A stretch of 63,999 nt of DNA, counting the filler, from Octopus bimaculoides (lineage: Eukaryota): NCBI RefSeq assembly GCF_001194135.2. It is 6 parts of 6 records of this genome, joined end to end, with 100 filler letters (N's around TTAATTAATTAA, not from the genome) between each part and the next. Parts side by side here need not be neighbours in the genome. Positions count along the whole stretch, not along the records: positions 42,815 to 57,123 come from NC_068981.1; positions 57,224 to 61,170 come from NC_069006.1; positions 61,271 to 62,505 come from NW_026355671.1; positions 62,606 to 63,999 come from NW_026376851.1; 2 more parts are not named here. One strand, given 5' to 3'. This document shows positions 52,215-63,999 of the stretch, in pieces. The position numbers were made by a program, and so were the translations under genes. The notes beneath the pieces are model-generated. The model was given only the letters and a program-made list of their open reading frames with translations, was not told the origin of the DNA and ran no database searches. How positions within the stretch are numbered: the first letter of the stretch is position 1; each line of letters starts with the position of its first letter.

Positions 52215-52745
52215 AGGCACTGACATTGCTCCTTTATTCAAGTGAGACATGGCCCCCTTACAAACAACATGTAAAGGCCCTTGAATGCTTTCATCAGTGA
52301 TGTCTCAGACACATTCTGAATGCTGGCTGGATTTTAAAAACTCCAGACACATAGGTCCTAAGGAAAGCTGATATCTTGTGTGCTGAGGTGATGGTGCACA
52401 AGCACCGGTTACATTGGACTGGACATCTTATTGGCATGAAGGATAGCAGGATCCCTAAACAGATGCTATATGGGGAACTTGTTAGTGGGAAGAGACCCTG
52501 GCAGAAATCAAGGCTGTGATTTAAGGACTGCATCAAGTTCTCACTAAAGGCCTGTGATATGAAGGAGACTGACTAAGAGAGCAATGCCTGTCACCACCAC
52601 TGGAGGAGAAAGCAAGTTAAGGAGAGGGTTGACACCTTTGAGAGAGCACATATTCTGCATGAAGATGCAAGATATAAGTTAGTCCTAGAACGTACAATGT
52701 TCCTAAAGGTCAGCAATGGTCTTCGTCGGTCACGAGTGGATGGCA
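52215..52745 (+). mobile_element. RTE/BovB-type LINE 3' fragment
   Basis: LLYSSETWPPY..LECFHQ*CLRHIL..RLHWTGHLIGMKDSRIPKQMLYGELVSGKR..FKDCIKFSLKAC. Confidence 0.88.
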
Positions 52746-52770
52746 ATCATATATATATATATATATATGG

Positions 52771-52867
<97 letters not shown>

Positions 52868-52884
52868 TATATGTATGTGTGTGT

Positions 52885-53266
52885 GTTGTGTTGGCACTCC
52901 GTCGCTTACAATATCGAGGGTTTCAGTTGATCCAATCAACGGAACAGCCTGCTTGTGAAATTAACGTGCAAGTGGCTGAGCACTCCACAGACACGTGTAC
53001 CCTTAACGTAGTTCTCGGGGATATTCAGTGTGACACAGTGTGACAAGGCTGACCCTTTGAATTACAGGCACAACAGAAACAGGAAGTAAGAGTAAGAGAA
53101 AGTTGTGAAAGAGTACAGCAGGGTTCGCCACCATACCCTGCCGGAGCCTCATGGAGCTTTAGGTGTTTTCGCTCAATAAACACTCACAACGCTCGGTCTG
53201 GGAATCGAAACCACGATCCTATGACCTCGAGTCCGCTGCCCTAACCACTGGGCCATTGCGCCTCCA
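52885..53266 (-). mobile_element. SINE family C, full length
   Basis: Head TGGAGGCGCAATGGCCCAGTGGTTAGGGCAGCGGACT...GGTTTCGATTCCCAGACC. Confidence 0.9.
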
Positions 53267-53305
53267 CTATATGTATATATGTGTGTAGATATATGTATGT
53301 ATATA

Positions 53306-54295
53306 CAGGATGCAATGGATAAATTGCTGACATTTTATATTTTTAATTTCACACATTGTTTGTTTTGGACTTTGTTGACTATGCAGTATAATAGGGTACT
53401 GTCTGTAAGAAACTCATGTCTGGTCCCAGCATGTCATCACAAGGCAAACAGAAATTGCTGTGTACCGTGCATGTGCACTAACATCATTCCTTTACTCACG
53501 TGAGACATGGACCCTGCCTTATGGATCCTGTCTTACAGACAGGGTCCATGTCTCACTGTCTGTAAGAAAAACAGCGCCATGATGCAATTCACTCTGCCAA
53601 AAATTTGGAAACAACATCCTATACTGCTTGGCATTTGCTCCAATATGAACATTTCAGATTGTTTGGGTGTCAATCTGAGGACATGTACTGAGAGTGATAA
53701 AAATCAAACATCCACTTAAAATCATGATGTTTGCAGTGATCACTAGTGATGGCAACCTTATGCCGCCATTTCATCTTCCCACATGGCCTCACACTCAACA
53801 CAGAGAGCTACATCAAGTGCTTGGGGAAGGTAGTGCTGCCCTGGGTCAAGAGGGTGGCTGCTAGAAGACTCTATGTCTGCCCAATGTCACACAAGCAGAA
53901 GAACCCAGTCTTGGCTGTCAGACAATTTCTGCGAGCACATCACCCCTAACTTCTGGCTACGTAACTCTCCAGTCTGCAATCCCCTTGATGATTATGTATG
54001 GGGTGCAGTTGATTGGGAGATCAACAAGACTCCTTATAACAGCAATGTTGAAATGAAGGCAAGGATTATGGCAGCATTTACCAACTTAAACCAGAAGACC
54101 ATCCAGAAGAGTTGCAGGAGATTCCAAAGTCATCTGGAGGCCATGGTTGAAGCCAATGATGGTTTTATTGAATACATTTACTCCTTAGTATTTCAAAATA
54201 TTTTTATGTAATTTTTGTAAATATATCTCTTAAAATGAGATGTTAGTGTTATTTTCATTTTTGCGTATAGATGACAGTTTATTCACCACACCTGG
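53306..54295 (+). mobile_element. DD37D/maT Tc1/mariner element, internally deleted, imperfect TIRs
   Basis: HGLTLNTESYIKCLGKVVLPWVKRVA and CHTSRRTQSWLSDNFCEHITPNFWLRNSPVCNPLDDYVWG. Ends CAGGATGCAATGGATAAATTG / CAGTTTATTCACCACACCTGG with TA flanks. Confidence 0.85.
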
Positions 54296-54314
54296 TATAT
54301 ATATATATATATAT

Positions 54315-55716
54315 AAAATCAACAATATTTGCGGAGTTCAATATTGTTGATTTTTACCCATCAATATCCAGACCTTTGCTCCTGAAAGCATTAGAATTCG
54401 CCAAACAGTATGTCAATATCGATAGCTCGGAAATAAACATTATAATGCACGCAAGAAAATCACTTCTTTTTCATGAGGAATCCACCTGGATTAAAAAGAG
54501 TGAAGATTCTCTTTTCGATGTACCGATGGGGGCATACGATGGGGCGGAATTGTGCACGCTTATAGGGGCTTACATTCTGCATTATCTAAAATGGGAATTT
54601 CCGTTTATAGATGCGGGATTATATAGAAATGACGGTCTTATAGTCACCCATAATTTAAACGGCCATGAACTAGATACGCTCAGGAAGGATCTTATAGCTT
54701 TCTTCCAAAGGATGGGTTTACGGATCACAGTAGATACTAACCTAAGAAAAGTAGATTTCTTAGACGTAAATTTAGACTTGAATTCAAATATATTTAAGCC
54801 TTACCATAAACCAAATGACAAACTATCCTATATCAGCAGAGAATCCAACCATCCGCCTGTTATTCTTAGAAACTTAGTTAGTAACGTAGGTAGGTGAATT
54901 TCGTCAATCTCTGCAGATGAAGCAACATTCCGTAACGCAGCACCTTATTATGATAGTGCTTTAAGGAATAGTGGATTCTCTGAGAGGATCCAGTACACCC
55001 AGTCTAATGCTGGAAGCAGTGCAGCACGTAGAACTAGGACTAGGAAAGCTTTGTGGTTCAACCCAGCTTTCAATATGGCCGTAAGAACTAATATAGGTAA
55101 GGAATTCTTAAAATTGGTCACTAGGCACTTTCAACCTGATCATAAGTTTTACAGAATATTTAATAGAAGAACGCTTAAAATTAGCTATTCTTGCTGCAAA
55201 AACTTCGCCTCTTTGATCAGCCAGCACAACAATAAGATAATTTCCAAAAACAATAATGCCGACCCACTTACAAAGAGCTGTAATTGCAAAGATCAAACCT
55301 CCTGTCTGTTGGAAGGGAGATGTCTAGAAAAGGGTATCGTGTATAGGGCCAAAGTCCAGATAGAAGGCTCGCACGATTATAGAACTTATACAGGGGCCAC
55401 AGAAAATTCTTTCAAACCAGGCTGTATTCGCACAAAAATTCTTTTAGATACCCTGAAAATAGGACTAAGACAAGCCTGGCAATTAAAGGAAAATGAAGCC
55501 CAGCCTTTCAACGTGACATGGAGAATTTTAGGCAGAGCATCGCCTTACAGACACGGTGCCCATAAAAGACCATTGAAATGTGAACTTTGTTTATTGGAAA
55601 AGCTAAATATCTTATTCCAGGATAAGAAGGCGCTAAACCAAAGACGCGAACTTTTAAATACATGTAGACATGCGTCCAAATTTAAAATGTCGGCAAGTAA
55701 TATACCGTATGGATAG
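54315..55716 (+). mobile_element. 5'-truncated PLE, RT + C-terminal GIY-YIG, relatively well preserved (one in-frame stop, local frameshifts)
   Basis: FNIVDFYPSI, FDVPMGAYDGAELC, GLYRNDGL, VDFLDVNLDL, SNHPP, WFNPAF..TNIGKEFL, CNCKDQTSCLLEGRCLEKGIVYRAKV..TYTGATENSFK and CELCLLEK. The ORF-track start at 54271 lies in the adjacent TIR and is an artefact. Confidence 0.93.
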
Positions 55717-57047
55717 TATATATATATTTTTTTGATAATGTTTGAATCCTTGTAACTATTGTGCAATCTTACTATTGGATTGGTACCAAATTATAAATGA
55801 TATTTATTTAGCGTTGTAAGAATTTTGTATAGACCCCTACGTCATTTTAAGAAAACCTTCGACTGTTATATACATAGTTTTTTCTTCTCCCTTGTTTTTA
55901 CTTTTTACTTCATTCTATTCTATTTATTTTAAAACGCTTTGTATGCAAATTTTACAATTTTTATGGATGATTCGGCATATAGGATTCTATTATGCATGTA
56001 TTTTCGCCTGGTTTTAACTTTTATACACCCAGCAGTTTCTTAAGAAGTCGTCTGCATACATACGCTGAGATCTAAAAGGTTTTTTATGTAGATATCTGTA
56101 TTGTAACAACACTTACGTATTCATATGCGTGCGTCTGCGCTTACATATAGGGTCTGGGTTTACACTTGTGCATATGCAGTTATGATTTCGTGTGTGTATG
56201 TCTTTGTGTATACATGGGTAAGAGTATATGCTTATATTTATTTACACATACATGCATCTATTCGCGTGTGTGCATCTATGTTATATATGGGAATGTGCGC
56301 TTAGGTTCACACTCACACATACTTGAATGTGTGCATACGCATGTACATGGTTATGTCCGGGAGTATTTGCATACATATCTACGTATATATCTATATACGT
56401 GATGCTATATACATTTTTGTATACACATATATACGCAATCTAAATTTGATGCAGGTTTACTATATACATGCATTCTTGCTCATTTTCTCTCTCTACTTCT
56501 TTCTTCCCATTCGCACCATTCTTGCTTTTCTTCCTTTTCTGTCTTTCGTTCTTTTTCTTTTTCTTTCTTCCTTTCCTTCCTCATGACAACCACATTCCCC
56601 CCCTTTCTATATTAATAACGTTATTATAGATACGTTACTCTTTACCCCTCCACTCCATAGCTTAAGATACAATTTTTGTTACCAACACAAATTTTTTCAT
56701 GCGCAAACTTAAATGCTTGTGTATGTATATGTGTATAAATTTGTATTCATGTATATATTTGTGCCTTGCAAATATATACCTATATACGTAGATTGTCTGT
56801 GCGTATGCGTCTGTGTATTTTGATGTATATATATATAGAGAGAGAGAGAGAAAAATAGAAATTTTGAGCCAATTTTTCTATTCTTCGATATATTTTTTTA
56901 AATAGGATGAATCTATATTAAATTCATTTGTTTTGTTCATTACGCATCCATGACCGTTATTTGAAACGCCCAATCAAACAGATCCATGTGTTTTAAATTT
57001 TATATCACTTTTGATTGCATTGTTATTCCATTCCCATTTCTAACAAA

Positions 57048-57087
57048 ACTGTCCGATGAACGGGAATGTGAAACTCAGAGTAACAGT
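57048..57087 (+). ncRNA. Minimal type I hammerhead motif (U4C core variant) near the presumed PLE 3' end
   Basis: ACTGT-CCGATGA-ACG(GGAA)TGT-GAAA-CTCAGAG-TA-ACAGT. Stem I extends via TAACAAA/TTTGTTA with a 2-nt bulge; AATAAA follows at about 57114. Confidence 0.65.
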
Positions 57088-57223
57088 CTTTTGTTATATT
57101 TCTGCTGCTTTTAAATAAAGCATNNNNNNNNNNNNNNNNNNNNNNNNNNNNNNNNNNNNNNNNNNNNTTAATTAATTAANNNNNNNNNNNNNNNNNNNNN
57201 NNNNNNNNNNNNNNNNNNNNNNN

Positions 57224-57293
<70 letters not shown>

Positions 57294-58224
57294 GTGTGTC
57301 GGGTTGTCAGATATGTTTATTGAGTTGTTTTGTTTTGGGGTTTGCTTGTTTTCTAGTTGGCATTGCGTAGTTATATGTCTGAAAAGAAGCAAAATTTCTT
57401 CAATTTTTCAGAAACGATCAACAAAAGTCGCAGACGAAGAAAAGAGCGACGAAGAGAAGAGAGAATAAGAAGACGATGGAAATGATTTTTCGTACGAATT
57501 CATTGAAAAGGATTAAAATAAATTGGGGAAAGAAAAGAATTTATGTGTTTATGTGTGTGTGTGTAAATATGTAAATATGTGTGTGTATATATATATATAT
57601 ATATACATATATATACATATATATATATATATATACATATACTATATGCATGCATATATATATGTATATATGTATAATTATATATATATATATACATGTA
57701 CTATAAGCATGTATATATATGTATATATGTATAATTATATATAATACATATATGTATATATACAGATATTCCTTTCCCTTTTAACTTATTACATATATAT
57801 GTATGTATAAATATGTGTGCGTGTGTGTGTGTGTGTGTGCGTGCGCGTGTGCGCGTGTGTGCGTATGCGTGCGCGTGTGCGTGTGTGTGTGTGTGTGGTG
57901 TGTTTGGCCGCCTAGCCAGAGGGCGACATCATTCGAAAGCTGCAACAATGCGAGGAAGCGCATTGTGACCAGCGCAGTATAATAGCATCCAACAGTCTGG
58001 TCGATACTGCAATACAGTGACACATCGTTCCATTGTTTTGGTGGGGGCGATTTTTTGTTTATTTTTCTAGTTAGCACTCCATTGTCATGTGTGAATAGAG
58101 GTAAAGTTTATACAAATTAAAAAGAAAAACGGTAAACAATAGTTATGAAAGAAGAAAACAGCTGCTAGAAAAAGCAGTAAAACACTTCGAAAAAACAATT
58201 TTTTGTATTACTTCAAATAACATC

Positions 58225-58640
58225 GGTCATGAATGTTGAGTAATGACCGAAGGGGAGAGTACAATCGCGAATAGAAACGGCTGAGAACGGGGTTCATCGG
58301 AAAGGCCTCTGGAGTGACGTTACTCGGCAGGATGCGGAACTCAGAGATCGGCGCAGTTGTCCAGGTTGAGACGCTGCTTCTCTGCATTGAGAGGACACAG
58401 CTCTGGTATTGCGGACATGAGATTAGAATGTTGCAGGAAAGAATCGTAAAATGGAATCTTCAGCCTAAAGAAGGGGGCAAGAGAGGAAGGGGCAGAACAA
58501 GAACGAGAGCGTTGGATAATATGCATAGATTCAGTTGGTCACATTTGGGAATCTGGTAGGAAACTAATGGCAATACTTCCGACAGGACCCTATTGAGAAA
58601 GTGCCTGAGAACTCTACCCCTACTACCCTCTCAATGGGTG
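58225..58640 (+). mobile_element. RTE-clade LINE 3' fragment with (GGAT)n tail
   Basis: GVTLLGRMRNSEI...IERTQLWYCGHEIRM...GKRGRGRTRTRALDNM. Confidence 0.75.
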
Positions 58641-59531
58641 CGGATGGATGGATGGATGGATGGATGGATGGATGGATGGGTGGGTGGGTGGATAACTGGA
58701 TGGATGGATGAATGGATAGATGAGTGAACGGAGGGCGGGATCGATAGATCGATCGATGGATGCAAAAATAAAACGAACGAATTAATCCGGCACCGGAATA
58801 TTTTGATATTTTCAACGTAGTGCGGATGAAATCTGACCATGAAATATTTATACGTCAGTGACCGTCTCTGGAATTTAGCCAAAAAAAGAAATACTTCTAT
58901 GGCCACCGGCAACACNNNNNNNNNNNNNNNNNNNNNNNNNNNNNNNNNNNNNNNNNNNNNNNNNNNNNNNNNNNNNNNNNNNNNNNNNNNNNNNNNNNNN
59001 NNNNNNNNNNNNNNNNNNNNNNNNNNNNNNNNNNNNNNNNNNNNNNNNNNNNNNNNNNNNNNNNNNNNNNNNNNNNNNNNNNNNNNNNNNNNNNNNNNNN
59101 NNNNNNNNNNNNNNNNNNNNNNNNNNNNNNNNNNNNNNNNNNNNNNNNNNNNNNNNNNNNNNNNNNNNNNNNNNNNNNNNNNNNNNNNNNNNNNNNNNNN
59201 NNNNNNNNNNNNNNNNNNNNNNNNNNNNNNNNNNNNNNNNNNNNNNNNNNNNNNNNNNNNNNNNNNNNNNNNNNNNNNNNNNNNNNNNNNNNNNNNNNNN
59301 NNNNNNNNNNNNNNNNNNNNNNNNNNNNNNNNNNNNNNNNNNNNNNNNNNNNNNNNNNNNNNNNNNNNNNNNNNNNNNNNNNNNNNNNNNNNNNNNNNNN
59401 NNNNNNNNNNNNNNNNNNNNNNNNNNNNNNNNNNNNNNNNNNNNNNNNNNNNNNNNNNNNNNNNNNNNNNNNNNNNNNNNNNNNNNNNNNNNNNNNNNNN
59501 NNNNNNNNNNNNNNNNNNNNNNNNNNNNNNN

Positions 59532-59597
<66 letters not shown>

Positions 59598-60079
59598 TTT
59601 GTGGATATTCAGCAGTTTCAGAACAGCTTGCTACGCAGAATGTCATTCTGGGCGTGCATATCTACTTATATGAAGTTCTTATATCATAGTATAAATTATT
59701 TAACCATAATGGGCGGCTCAGATTCAACAAACCAGAAGATATTTTTCCGAAAATTTCAGTTTCGAACCTGATTTAAATCGCTTTCAATGGCAATAGATGC
59801 ATATTAACTTGTGCGTTCAAACAGCCTTCTTGCCTGCGGTTGGGACACTCACGTCTCTAATAGTGACAGGTGGGTACCAGTTGTTGCTCTTCACATTCAA
59901 ATTACATGGTGGGTTGAACCATAAAATATTCCTTTTTCTGGATTCGTGATAAGTACTTCATATACATAATTTCTTCTTTAAATTCACGTTTTCTTTTTGT
60001 TGAGTAGTAAAGCTGAGGATGGTAATGATCATAACATACCTATCGAAGGATCGATTAAGTAATCTTCACGATATTTAAT

Positions 60080-60257
60080 CTATATCCCTATTTAGTCTAT
60101 ATCCAGAGAGGATATAGGCGGTGGCGGCGGAGGAGTGACGGCAGCGGTGGCAGTGGTGACAGCGGGTGGAGGCGACGTCATTGTCGTCGTTCAGGAGGTT
60201 GTGATGAGGTTCGAGGTTCTTAAAGATGTTGACGATAAGTGTGAGGATAGTCATCAC

Positions 60258-60291
<34 letters not shown>

Positions 60292-60683
60292 GCGATAACG
60301 ACGATAAATAGATAGCAAACAACGCTAATGATGACGACTGTGATGATGGTGATATTGATAATGATGATGAGGAGGAGGCGGAAGTGGAAGAGGAGGAGGA
60401 GAGGAAGAAAACGGTGACGATGATGATGAGGAGGAGGAGGAGGTGGAGGATGCCAATGGTGATGAATACGACTCTGATGATGATGAAGATAGTGAAGAAG
60501 GATAGAGGGAATCATGCTGTTAGCAGTCGTATTGATGAGAATCAGAATGACGAGAGAAGGGGAGGAGGGGAGGAGAAGGGTGGGTGAAGAGGAGGGCGAA
60601 GTGATGGAGAGGGGGTGATAGCAACAGCAACAAAAATCGATAACAACGATAACAACCACAACAGCAACGATAAAAACAGCAGC

Positions 60684-60714
<31 letters not shown>

Positions 60715-60960
60715 CCAACCCCAGTAAGAACGACGACGACGACGACAACAACCATAAGGATAATGACTACAACAACAAGAGCAACAACCACATCCACTAC
60801 CACCACCGCCACCACCACCACAACAACAACGAACACAACAACAACGAACACAACAACAACAACGACTGCCACAACAACAATCACAACACCAAGTCACGAT
60901 AACAGCAACAACGACATTAAGAATTACTACTACTACTACTACCATCACCGCCATAAGTAC
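60080..60960. repeat. Degenerate trinucleotide low-complexity mosaic (GAT/GGA/AAC/CAC)
   Basis: Direct reading. Similar tracts at 30-440 and 10505-10910. Confidence 0.85.
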
Positions 60961-61038
60961 CTTCATACAAGTAGAACCGCAAAATGAATGAGAGAGAGGG
61001 AGAAGGAGACAGAGAGAGAAGAAGAGAGGGAGACAGAG

Positions 61039-61072
<34 letters not shown>

Positions 61073-61275
61073 AGATAGAGAGAGAGACCTAGTATTACTG
61101 GCTACTCTAAATCTCTCGTCCCTAATGAGTTGTTTCACAACCACAAAACAATTATTTTAAACATTTTAATNNNNNNNNNNNNNNNNNNNNNNNNNNNNNN
61201 NNNNNNNNNNNNNNTTAATTAATTAANNNNNNNNNNNNNNNNNNNNNNNNNNNNNNNNNNNNNNNNNNNNTGCAT

Positions 61276-61680
61276 TATACTGTGGGTGTCGCAAAAAAAA
61301 AATGAGCATGCTCTTGAGCTGCAGCTGTGTCATGCCTTCTTTTGTCTTGGAGATGAAGAGCTCTTCTACTGCGACTACAGCTGCTTCATCTCAAGGTCAT
61401 ACCTTGAAGTATGTTCAATGTCTCTGTAGCAGACTTCCCAAGTTTAATGCAAAATTCCACATTGGTTCTCTGTTCCTGTCCATGACAAAATCACAGACTA
61501 CAGCAGACACACGTGATTACAAAAACACAAATTTCACAACTTGTGAAGTAAACACAGCAATGTCACTCAACACACTGCTTCATGAAAGGTCACCACTAGC
61601 TCTCACTGCGGATGCCACCGTGTGCTGCCATCTGTTGGTGGGCTACAGAACAAGTCCGGAAACTTTTTGGTACCAACTTG
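61276..61680 (-). mobile_element. Mariner-type element 5' end, internally deleted
   Basis: Minus-strand terminus TA|CAAGTTGGTACCAAAAAGTTTCCGGACT, then EQRTNVEFCIKLGKSATETLNILQ and QLKSMLIFFF. Confidence 0.8.
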
Positions 61681-61769
61681 TACACACATGCACAAACATA
61701 TATTCACATTCATACACACAACCATGCAATATCATTCACATAAACACACACAGAGCAACTCTGACACAT

Positions 61770-61806
<37 letters not shown>

Positions 61807-62172
61807 TATCAGTATAAAGATATAAAACACAAAACATATACATAACAACACACACACTCAGACTAGATATAAACACACACACACACACATGTACTCTATA
61901 CATTCACATGATCATTCATACACATAAATACACACACACATATATATACAGCTACACACATATTAAACATACACATTCACATAAACACATACACGAGTAC
62001 ACACACAAACATATACAGCCAACCCACACAAAATACACACATTCACACACACACATGTACACATGCACTTACAAATTTGAAAATAAAAAGAAAATGGTAT
62101 TTTATGTAAAAATAAATTTAATCAAAACAGGAAAATTTTGGCACTTAATAACATGTGTACTTACATCATCTT

Positions 62173-62209
<37 letters not shown>

Positions 62210-62214
<5 letters not shown>

Positions 62215-62504
62215 TCATCATCATCATCATCGTTTAACGTCCGCTTTCCATGCTAGCATGGGTTGGACGATTTGACTGAGGACTGGTGTAACCGGATGGC
62301 TACACCAGGCTCCAATCTAATTTGGCAGAGTTTCTACAGCTGGATGCCCTTCCTAACGCCAACCACTCAGAGAGTGTAGTGGGTGATTTTACGTGTCACC
62401 CGCACGAAAACGGCCACGCTCGAAATGGTGTCTTTTATGTGCCACCCGAACAAGAGCCAGTCCAGGGGCACTGGCAACGATCTCGCTCGAAAACCCTACA
62501 AGGC
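62210..62504 (-). mobile_element. SINE-like element (family D) with (GAT)n tail, head in gap
   Basis: Minus strand GGTTGGCGTTAGGAAGGGCATCCAGCTGTAGAAAC...GCATGGAAAGCGGACGTTAAACGATGATGATG. Confidence 0.7.
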
Positions 62505-62796
62505 CNNNNNNNNNNNNNNNNNNNNNNNNNNNNNNNNNNNNNNNNNNNNTTAATTAATTAANNNNNNNNNNNNNNNNNNNNNNNNNNNNNNNNNNNNNNN
62601 NNNNNATAATAGTACTCACTTGGTTTAGTAACTATTGCTTTCATCATTTTATCGCAGACATAATATGTTTTTAAACAAACATCACGGTAGTCCAACAACA
62701 GAGGGAGAAACAGTTTGTCAAGTTTTAACTTCCCCTCTAAGCATCATAAAGATTTCAATTCAGCAGCCCACCAGTAATATTGTGTGTGTGGTGTGT

Positions 62797-62846
<50 letters not shown>

Positions 62847-62902
62847 NNNNNNNNNNNNNNNNNNNNNNNNNNNNNNNNNNNNNNNNNNNNNNNNNNNNNN
62901 NN

Positions 62903-62945
<43 letters not shown>

Positions 62946-63999
62946 GAGAGAGAGAGAGAGAGTGGGGAGGACATTGCAAACAATGAATGAAATAAACATG
63001 AAATGAAAAATCGTATAAATAAAAAAGCATTACTACGGATGTAGAGGCTCCCGAATTTGTTGCCTCATAACAGCCTGAAAATGGATATTTTAAACAAAAC
63101 TTTCTACAAATACCGCTTAGATGTTGTGGCTTCTGAGTGTATATGTATTTATGAGAAAGAATTTTTGCAAGGGAGTTGAGAGTGGTGTTTCAGAATATTC
63201 ACATGATCTGATTTTTTTCCTCATAACTTTCAGGAAGACGGGTATCTTTAAATGAAAATTCATACAAATCCCTTTCAAACGGCAACGATTACGATTATAA
63301 AGGAATCTGTGGGAATTTGTTTTTCGGGGATATTCCCCATGTTTTTTAAATAACAGCCTTCGAAATGATGCGGATAGGGTTGCATCTTTGTAAGAAAAAG
63401 TTTTGAAAACTCTATTTTTACACTCCACTCCCTCACCATTTCAATCCGGACCTATTTTGGCCAATTCTGGTTTTTGCACTATCCATGGGAGAAGCATTTT
63501 CGGTAAAACAACATGATTGTAATGGTTAATATTATCAGAGGAAAAATGATTTAAGGGCGATTTGGCTGTTGTCTCTAGCACATCCAAAGATAACTCTCCG
63601 TGATTCTTTATTACTCTGGCATGCATTTACGTTATTCAAAATTTGTTCCCCATAAATATATTTATATGATATAAAAAAGAAAATTTGAGAAATTATGAAT
63701 TATTTGTATCCCCACTCTCAGCTCTCGATTGTTTCTCTTTGGAAATTAAAATATTGGAGAGCCTGAGATGGTCATTGCTGGTATTAATCCACAGTGATTT
63801 TTAGAAAGAATTACGATCGTGGAAGATGTTTGTAAACCATTCAAGATTGCATAAATGCCGTTAGTTTCACTTCAAAATTAACATTTCATTTGTGTCAAAA
63901 TATATCGTCGTTTTGAAACCGCGACCTGATCACTGCCAAAATTTCACAAAAAGGATGCAGCACGAGGTTTTGTCAGTGAACAGTACACACACACATATG

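Noticed and set aside
53195-53266. tRNA-like sequences (also 7065, 14142 and 43352)
   Set aside because: They are SINE heads with A/B boxes followed by SINE bodies and lack a complete cloverleaf, so they are not called tRNA genes.
54895-54897. In-frame TGA in the PLE ORF as possible selenocysteine
   Set aside because: The context GR*ISSIS fits an Arg CGA-to-TGA CpG mutation, not a Cys position, and I saw no SECIS.
60075-60987. Overlapping poly-V/T/N/D ORFs, likewise 53-520, 10509-10901 and 38845-39236
   Set aside because: Translations of trinucleotide low-complexity DNA, open in several frames and strands, with no domain signal.
63040-63999. ORFs 63117-63428 and 63441-63626 on the minus strand
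   Set aside because: No recognisable motif or splice support. Left unannotated.

Overview
AT-rich, microsatellite-dense eukaryotic genomic DNA with many N gaps, most likely a coleoid cephalopod (Octopus-like). The taxon is inferred from the SINE families and repeat landscape and was not verified by search. I found no intact host protein-coding gene, and nearly all short ORFs in the track are translations of microsatellites or gaps. The window is a graveyard of decayed transposons: four Penelope-like element (PLE) copies of at least three types (RT + GIY-YIG), about seven R4/Dong-clade RLE-LINE fragments tied to (AAT)n/(AAC)n arrays, RTE, RTE-BovB and CR1-group LINE pieces, Tc1, mariner and DD37D/maT transposase relics, two MITE-like elements and several tRNA-derived SINE families. 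The strongest unexplained signal is a set of minimal type I hammerhead ribozyme (HHR) motifs read by eye. The best is at 42927-42968: a U3/A8 core variant at the tip of a roughly 140-nt rod, lying between TA microsatellites (candidate retrozyme). Others lie inside a 126-bp inverted repeat (44185-44483), at the presumed 3' end of a PLE (57048-57087) and in a solo unit (9659-9694), plus three degenerate copies. All calls were made manually. TE boundaries are approximate (tens of bp) unless exact motifs are quoted.
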